Source of the DNA: Candidatus Latescibacterota bacterium
GTDB lineage: Bacteria > Latescibacterota > UBA2968 > UBA8231
NCBI GenBank assembly: GCA_964291625.2
Contig: OZ220089.1
Span: 288,001-352,000 of the forward strand
Direction of reading: 5' to 3'
DNA length: 64,000 nt
The notes below the pieces were generated by a model, which ran no database searches, was not told the origin of the DNA, and worked only from the letters and a program-made list of their open reading frames with translations. This document shows positions 58,297 through 64,000 of the stretch, piece after piece; position 1 is the stretch's first letter; each line of letters starts with the position of its first letter. The translations under genes and the position numbers were made by a program.

Positions 58297-58737
58297 TCAG
58301 CCTCCCCCTTTCTTCTTGGCGATCAGCTCAACGCCCGAGGCACCCGCGTTCTGACAGATCTCGATCAGCTGGAGGATGTCGCTGTAGGGACGGTTGCGGG
58401 CCCCCTTGATGACGACGGGCAGGTGTTCCTTGCCCTGGTACACCCGGGCCAGCTCCTCGCGCAGACCTTCGAGCGGGACTTCGCGCGTGTTCAGGTAGAG
58501 GCGGCCGTCACTCTTGCACGAGATGACCACGTGCTCCTGGCCCTGCTCGTTGATCTCGGTCAGGTTCACCGCTTCCGGGGTGTTGACGCGGATGCCCTCC
58601 TGGATGATGGGCATGACCACCATGAAGACGATGAGCAGGACCAGCGCCACGTTCACCAGGGGGGTCACGTCGGGCATGGGGCTCTGGGGCGGCCGCGCCC
58701 GCAGGGTCAGGCTGTCGAAGGCCCTCTTCTTGGCCAT
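58297..58737 (-). CDS. exbD: ExbD/TolR-family biopolymer transport protein
   Basis: DVTPLVNVALVLLIVFMVVMP; VVIKGARNRPYSDI...CQNAGASGVEL. Confidence 0.88.
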   Translation of the reverse strand: MAKKRAFDSLTLRARPPQSPMPDVTPLVNVALVLLIVFMVVMPIIQEGIRVNTPEAVNLTEINEQGQEHVVISCKSDGRLYLNTREVPLEGLREELARVYQGKEHLPVVIKGARNRPYSDILQLIEICQNAGASGVELIAKKKGGG

Positions 58738-58750
58738 CGCGGGCCTCCCT

Positions 58751-59443
58751 TCAGGCCGCTCGCCTGGCGCGGAGCAGGCGGCGGACGCAGTGGCCCGAGA
58801 GGCGGGAGGCGGAGTTGTGAAGCCCGATGGCGAGGTTGTCCACCCGGCTCATGAAGACGTTGTAGGCCCACAGGGCCGGCATGGCCACGAACAGGCCGAT
58901 GACCGTCGTCACCAGGGCCTCCGAGATGCCGGCGGAGACCGCGGCCAGTCCGCCGCCGCCGCCCGAGGCGATCCCCCTGAAGGCCGAGATCAGTCCCGTG
59001 ACCGTTCCGAAGAGGCCGAGGAACGGCGCCACGCCCACGATCGTGGCCATGCCGGGCAGGCGCACCCGCAGGTTGGCCACGGCCACGTCCAGTCCGCGTC
59101 CCACCTCGACCTCCACGCCTTCCGTCACCAACTGGTCGGACTCCTCCTCGCGCCTGAGCATGACGTACTCCCTCAGGGCGCCGCGCAGCACCGTGGCCAG
59201 CGGATTGTGGCCCGCCTCCTCGGCCTGCTGCACCCTGCCGCTCAGTTCGTCGACATCGACACTGCTGTCGATGGCGGCCTCGAAGTCCGCCGCCAGCGCC
59301 TCCGACCTCTCGCGCGCCCAGCGCAGCGCCAGGACGCGGTCGATCATGACGGCGTAGGAGTAGATGGAGAGCACCGCCAGGACGATGACCACCGTCTTGC
59401 CGGTGAAGGCCATTGCGTTCCACAACTCGCTGATCAGTTCCAT
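58751..59443 (-). CDS. exbB: MotA/TolQ/ExbB proton-channel protein
   Basis: ATIVGVAPFLGLFGTVTGLISAF and GISEALVTTVIGLFVAMPALWAYN. Confidence 0.92.
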   Translation of the reverse strand: MELISELWNAMAFTGKTVVIVLAVLSIYSYAVMIDRVLALRWARERSEALAADFEAAIDSSVDVDELSGRVQQAEEAGHNPLATVLRGALREYVMLRREEESDQLVTEGVEVEVGRGLDVAVANLRVRLPGMATIVGVAPFLGLFGTVTGLISAFRGIASGGGGGLAAVSAGISEALVTTVIGLFVAMPALWAYNVFMSRVDNLAIGLHNSASRLSGHCVRRLLRARRAA

Positions 59444-59461
59444 GGTACCACACCTCCTGTT

Positions 59462-60340
59462 TCAGGTTCTCAAACCAGTGAAGAGGAGATTCCTGACGAT
59501 GAATCTCTGGGCGAGGAAGAAGAGGACCAGCAGCGGCGCCAGGGCCACGGCGCTGGCCGCCATCAGGTAATGCACGAAAGCGCCGCCCTCGACCTGCTGA
59601 TACATGCGCAGTCCCAGCGAAATCGGATAGCGCTCGTAGTCGGACAGGTAGATGAGAGGCATCATGAACTCCTGCCAGTGCTGGATGAAGCACAGGACGC
59701 CGACGGTGAGCATGACGGGCCTGGCCAGGGGCACGAAGAGGTTCGCGTAGATGCGCAACTCGCTGGCGCCGTCGATCCTCGCCGCATCGATCAAATCGCC
59801 GGGAACCCCCCTGAAGAACTGGCGGAAGAGGAAGATGAAGAAGGCGCTGCCCCCCAGCCACGCCGGCACGATGAGGGGCTTGTAGGTGTTGATCCACCCG
59901 AGGTTCTTGTAGATGAGGTAGTGGGGGATCAGCAGCACCTGCCCCGGGAGCATCAGAGTGGCCAGGAGCAGTGCGAACCACAGGTCGCGGCCTCGCCACC
60001 GAAGGCGGGCAAAGGCATAGCCCACGAGGGAACCGGTCAACAACTGGCCGGCGGTGACGGCCAGGGTGATCACCAGGGTATTCCCGATGAAGCGCAGGAA
60101 GGGCAGCTTGGAGAGAGCCTCGGGGTAGTTCTCCAGCTGTGGCGGCCAGTGGAAGAAGGTGGGCGGAAAGCGGTAGACCTCGATCAGAGGCTTGAAGGAC
60201 GCTCCCACGGCCCACACGACGGGAAAGAGGAAGACGACCGACAGGCCGAGGGCCACGGCGTACAGGACCCCCCGGAACAACCCGCGCCGCAGGCGGTAGT
60301 ACCGGCTCGACTTCATGGGATGACGGCTCACGGTGGTCAA
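59462..60340 (-). CDS. Carbohydrate ABC transporter permease (MalG-like)
   Basis: GYAFARL, MLPGQVLLIP, FLFRQFF, EAA-loop DLIDAARIDGAS, WQEFMMPLIYL. TTG overlaps the upstream stop; alternative ATG at 60316. Confidence 0.92.
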   Translation of the reverse strand: MTTVSRHPMKSSRYYRLRRGLFRGVLYAVALGLSVVFLFPVVWAVGASFKPLIEVYRFPPTFFHWPPQLENYPEALSKLPFLRFIGNTLVITLAVTAGQLLTGSLVGYAFARLRWRGRDLWFALLLATLMLPGQVLLIPHYLIYKNLGWINTYKPLIVPAWLGGSAFFIFLFRQFFRGVPGDLIDAARIDGASELRIYANLFVPLARPVMLTVGVLCFIQHWQEFMMPLIYLSDYERYPISLGLRMYQQVEGGAFVHYLMAASAVALAPLLVLFFLAQRFIVRNLLFTGLRT

Positions 60341-61266
60341 CGTCCCTCTCCTTCGTAGTACACCCAGAACCTGCTCGAGCGGAAGACGAGGGCGGTGAAG
60401 GCCATGATGATGACGAAGAGGATCCACGACAGGGCGCTCGCGTAGCCGATCTCGAAGTCGCCGAAGGCCTTGTTGTACAGATACAGCACGTAGAACAGGG
60501 TGGCCTTGTTGGGACCGCCCTGGGTCATCAGGAAGGCCTGTGTGAAGACCTGGAAGGAGCCGATGATGCCCATGACGAGGTTGAAGAACAGGGCCGGAGA
60601 GATCTGGGGCATGGTGACGAAGGCGAACTTTCTCCAGCTGCCGGCGCCGTCCAGCTCGGCGGCTTCGTAGAGGGACTCCGGGACATTCTGCAGGGCCGCC
60701 AGGAAGATCAGCATCGAGGCGCCAGTGCCCCACAGGCTCATGAGGATGAGGGCGGGCTTGGCCCACAGGTCGCTGAAGATCCACTTGGGAAGGGGCCAGC
60801 CCGCCGCTTGCTCCAGGCCGAGGGCCGCGAGCAGATGCCACGAGCGCAGGAGCACCGAGTTGAGGAGTCCGTACTCCGGGTTGAAGACCCAGAGCCACAT
60901 CATGATGGTCGCCACCCCCCCCACCAGGGCCGGCATGTAGAAGATGGTGCGGAAGAGGGCGATGCCGCGCAGGGGCTGGTTGAGGAGCAGGGCCAGGATG
61001 AGGGCCACGGCCAGACCCAGGGGGACGCTGATGAAGCTGTAGTAGGCGGTGTTCCACAGGGCGATGGCCACGTCGGGATCGGCGGCGGCCCGGGCGTAGT
61101 TGCCCAGTCCCACCCAGGCGATCGTCTCCGTGCTGATCCCGTCCCAGCGGATGAAGGCCAGCAGGAAGGAGACGATCATGGGGCCCAGGGCCAAGCCGAA
61201 GAAGCCGACGATCCAGGGCATGGCGAAGAGGTAGCCCGTCATGCTCTCCCGGGTCTGCAGATTCAT
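60337..61266 (-). CDS. Carbohydrate ABC transporter permease (MalF-like)
   Basis: WVGLGNY, FRTIFYMP, SLYEAAELDGA, IIGSFQVF, GYASALSWILF. Confidence 0.94.
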   Translation of the reverse strand: MNLQTRESMTGYLFAMPWIVGFFGLALGPMIVSFLLAFIRWDGISTETIAWVGLGNYARAAADPDVAIALWNTAYYSFISVPLGLAVALILALLLNQPLRGIALFRTIFYMPALVGGVATIMMWLWVFNPEYGLLNSVLLRSWHLLAALGLEQAAGWPLPKWIFSDLWAKPALILMSLWGTGASMLIFLAALQNVPESLYEAAELDGAGSWRKFAFVTMPQISPALFFNLVMGIIGSFQVFTQAFLMTQGGPNKATLFYVLYLYNKAFGDFEIGYASALSWILFVIIMAFTALVFRSSRFWVYYEGEGR

Positions 61267-61272
61267 GTCGCC

Positions 61273-62667
61273 CTACCCGCCCTTCCCGCCGGCGGACTCC
61301 ACCGCTGGCATGGCGAATCGCTCGGAGAGGTGTACGTTGCCCACCAGGTCCAGCAAGGTCTGGCGCGGCGTCTGCCGGCCGTCGAGCATCAGGTCGGTCT
61401 CGCTCGACATCTCCCGGGACATGAGGGCCCAGTCCACCGTGATCGGCTGGAAGCGCGAGTACTCGATCGCTTCGATGAAACGGCCGGCGCGGACCTCCGG
61501 GTTGGCGTCGATGAAGGCCTGACCCGCCGCCTTGAGGGCGGGAATCGAGCGCTGGTACCGGGCCACGGTCTCCTGGGCCTCGAGACCGAGGGCGAAGTGG
61601 ATGAACCTCCAGGCCTCGTCCTTCTTCCGCGATCCGCTGAACATCACCAGCGCGTCCCAGGTCACCCGCGTCGCCCGCCCCCCCGGGCCGGACGGGGTGT
61701 GGGCCACGTCGTAGCTCACCCCGGCGGCGTTGAGGGGAGGCATCGCCCACGGCCCGTTCACCTGCATCGCCACCCGGCCCGTCATGAAGGCCACGCCGCC
61801 GGTCTCCCCCAGCTCGTCCCGGTGGGGTGCCACGTGGTAGCGGTGGCGCAGGTCCTGCCAGAAGGCGAAGGAGGCCTCGGCCTCGGGGCCCCACAGGCGC
61901 CAGTGCCGCCGGGTCCGGTCGAGGTAGCGTCCGCCGTGGGCGAAGTGGAAGGGCATCCAGTAGACCCAGGAGGGCACCAGGAAGGCATAGCGGTCCATCC
62001 GGCCGTCGCCGTCGGCGTCCGCTGTCAGTCGCCGGCAGGTGGCGAGGAACTCGTCCATCGTCCAGTGGTCCGGCGGCTCCGGCAGCCCCGCCTCCCGGAA
62101 GGCGTCGCGGTTGTAGAGAATCAGGCAGTTGCCGCCGAAGACGGGGATCCCGTAGGTCCGGCCCTCGACCTGGAAGTGGGGCACCGAGGTCTCGAAGAAG
62201 TCGCTGTCCAGGTCGAGGGGCCGGTCCGGCTGCCGGCAGTAGTCATCGAGGGCCTCGAACTTGCCGCTGGAGACGAAGCGCGGGAACGGCTCGTCCTGGA
62301 ACATCAGGACATCCGGTGCCTCGTCGGCGAGCAAGAGTTGCTGGATCTTCTCGCTGTAGCGGTCCGTGATGTACTCGCGCTTGACGCGGATCTCCGGGTG
62401 GCGCCGCCGGAAAGCCTGGATGATCTCCCCCCACATCTGGTGCTCGCGGTAGGAGCCCCAGTAGGCAAAGCGCAGGGCCGACTCCTTCCCGGCGTGGTAG
62501 TAGGCGTAGGTGTCGCCGAACATCCAGAAGCCGGCCCCCAAGGTGAACAGTGCGAAGGACCCCCAGCCCGCGGGGCGGGAAAGGCCCTGGGCCCCTGTCC
62601 GTCCCGCCAGCCAGGCCGCGCCTCCGGCCGCGGCGGCCAGCAGCCACAGGACCCATTCACTCGGCAC
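61273..62667 (-). CDS. Sugar ABC transporter substrate-binding protein (family 1) with a hydrophobic N-terminal extension
   Basis: FRRRHPEIRVK, APDV, YGIP, LYNRDAFREAG, FMTGRVAM, AWRFIHF. Confidence 0.9.
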   Translation of the reverse strand: MPSEWVLWLLAAAAGGAAWLAGRTGAQGLSRPAGWGSFALFTLGAGFWMFGDTYAYYHAGKESALRFAYWGSYREHQMWGEIIQAFRRRHPEIRVKREYITDRYSEKIQQLLLADEAPDVLMFQDEPFPRFVSSGKFEALDDYCRQPDRPLDLDSDFFETSVPHFQVEGRTYGIPVFGGNCLILYNRDAFREAGLPEPPDHWTMDEFLATCRRLTADADGDGRMDRYAFLVPSWVYWMPFHFAHGGRYLDRTRRHWRLWGPEAEASFAFWQDLRHRYHVAPHRDELGETGGVAFMTGRVAMQVNGPWAMPPLNAAGVSYDVAHTPSGPGGRATRVTWDALVMFSGSRKKDEAWRFIHFALGLEAQETVARYQRSIPALKAAGQAFIDANPEVRAGRFIEAIEYSRFQPITVDWALMSREMSSETDLMLDGRQTPRQTLLDLVGNVHLSERFAMPAVESAGGKGG

Positions 62668-62703
62668 GTGGACAGCTCACGCGCACCCGCCTAGGGTTGG
62701 CGT

Positions 62704-63792
62704 ATGCAGCACGTCGTCATCTACCGCGAGGCCGGCCGCTACGCGGGCTGGCCCGCCAACTACGGCATCTGGTCGTGGGGCGACGAGATCGTCGTCGGCT
62801 TCACCCTCGGCTACCACGACATGGGCGGCGGCTTCCACGCGCGGGACCGCTCGCGGCCCTTCGTCGGCATGCAGGCGCGCAGCCTGGACGGCGGCGTCAC
62901 CTGGACAGCGGGGTCGACCCCGTGCCGGGCGCCCGGAGGCCGCGGCCTGTCCGCCGACGAGCACATGACCCCGGGCCTGCGCGTCGGCGAGGCCCTCGGC
63001 GCCGAGGGCAGGATTCCCGAGTCCCCCGGCGGCTTCGACTTCTCCCATCCCGACTTCGCCCTCATGTGCGCCAAGACGGGGCTGAACGCCGGCACCGTCT
63101 CGTTCTTCTACATCTCCACGGACCGGTGCGCCTCCTGGCGCGGACCGTTCGGGCTTCCCATGTACAGCCCGACCGGCGTCGAAGCACGTACCGACTACCT
63201 GGTCGACGGCCGGCGCACCTGCACCCTCTTCCTGACCGCCACCAAGGCCGACGGCCGGGAGGGACGCGTGCTCTGCGCCCGAACCGACGACGGCGGGCTC
63301 ACCTTTCCGCTGCGCGGTTGGATCGGACCCGAGCCCGAGGGCTTCCGCATCATGCCCGCGGGCCTGCGGCTCTCGCCCTCCCGCCTGCTTGCGGCCGTGC
63401 GCTGCCGCGGCCCCGAGGATGCCGGCCCGGCCCGCAACTGGATCGACCTCTACGCTTCCGAAGACGACGGAATCACCTGGGCCCTGATGGCCCGCCCCGT
63501 GGAGAGCACGGGCGTCGGGGGCAATCCCCCCACCCTCGACCGGCTGCACGACGGCCGTCTCTGCCTGGTCTACGGGTACCGGGACGCGCCCCATCAGATG
63601 CACGCCCGGTTGAGCGCGGACGAAGGGACCACGTGGGGTAACCCCATCGTGCTGCGCGACCACGCCGGGTGCCACGATATCGGCTACCCCCGCACCGTGC
63701 AGCGGCCCGACGGCACCGTGGTGACGGTCTACTACTTCTGCGACCGGCCCGACGGCGAGCGCTATCTCGCCGCGACTTTGTGGCGTCCCTAG
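62704..63792 (+). CDS. BNR/Asp-box (sialidase-like) beta-propeller protein
   Basis: Asp-boxes SLDGGVTW, STDRCASW, TDDGGLTF, SEDDGITW, SADEGTTW; DIGYP..VQRPDG.VVTVYY. No signal peptide. Confidence 0.85.
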   Translation: MQHVVIYREAGRYAGWPANYGIWSWGDEIVVGFTLGYHDMGGGFHARDRSRPFVGMQARSLDGGVTWTAGSTPCRAPGGRGLSADEHMTPGLRVGEALGAEGRIPESPGGFDFSHPDFALMCAKTGLNAGTVSFFYISTDRCASWRGPFGLPMYSPTGVEARTDYLVDGRRTCTLFLTATKADGREGRVLCARTDDGGLTFPLRGWIGPEPEGFRIMPAGLRLSPSRLLAAVRCRGPEDAGPARNWIDLYASEDDGITWALMARPVESTGVGGNPPTLDRLHDGRLCLVYGYRDAPHQMHARLSADEGTTWGNPIVLRDHAGCHDIGYPRTVQRPDGTVVTVYYFCDRPDGERYLAATLWRP

Positions 63793-64000
63793 AGAGAGAC
63801 GGCTTCCCGGGGGCCCGCGCCGGCGCACCGCCTGACGGGGGCGCCCCAGCAGGTCCTTCAGCTGCCCCTCGACCCTGGTCATGAAGGACGGGTCGAGCCC
63901 CGGCTCCGGAACGACGAAGGGCAGGCGTCCCAGACACTCCTCCAGGCGCCCCTGCTCCTCCGGCGTCAGCCCGCGGCCGGAGTGGCGTATGGCCTGGGCC
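63789..64000 (-). CDS. 3' end of a gene entering from the right edge; product unknown, stop position uncertain
   Basis: The frame AQAIRHSGRGLTPEEQGRLEECLGRLPFVVPEPGLDPSFMTRVEGQLKDLLG looks natural. It has no stop until 62677 unless the (CT)n run at 63791-63799 is 2 nt longer. Confidence 0.5.

Noticed and set aside
62677-63882. 401-aa ORF antisense to the BNR gene
   Set aside because: Readthrough from the edge gene past a probably lost stop at about 63789. The remainder is a shadow of the plus-strand gene.

Overview
Very GC-rich, gene-dense bacterial window with about 45 genes. I found no rRNA, tRNA, CRISPR array, integrase or transposase. The content (PorV-like barrel, FlgD/CHU_C-type C-terminal domains, C-terminal TWG[RK][IV]K tails, CBM9-like, TPR, FG-GAP, LRR and PD40 proteins) suggests a diderm relative of the FCB group such as Latescibacterota; this taxonomy is inference. 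The most distinctive part is a roughly 17.7 kb, tightly coupled minus-strand operon (24914->7206). It encodes four tandem LRR + TolB-like propeller lipoproteins, then three paralogous secreted proteins with a TPN(G/A)DG.ND...WDG...AY C-terminal domain, interleaved with two paralogous proteins of about 870-900 aa from a family I do not recognise. These two look like candidate outer-membrane partners. Other content: a lipoprotein/PorV-like/TPR operon, a GH42-like glycosidase, a carbamoyltransferase-SxtJ-SxtK-like trio, two GT-C-like membrane proteins, galU, a LarA-family protein in frame with a FlgT-like lipoprotein, MscS/MgtE genes, TamA/TamB/YihY, ExbB/ExbD/ExbD, a sugar ABC transporter and a BNR/sialidase-like protein. 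At least four genes are split by 1-2 nt frameshifts and two more junctions look altered. This pattern may reflect long-read consensus errors rather than biology.
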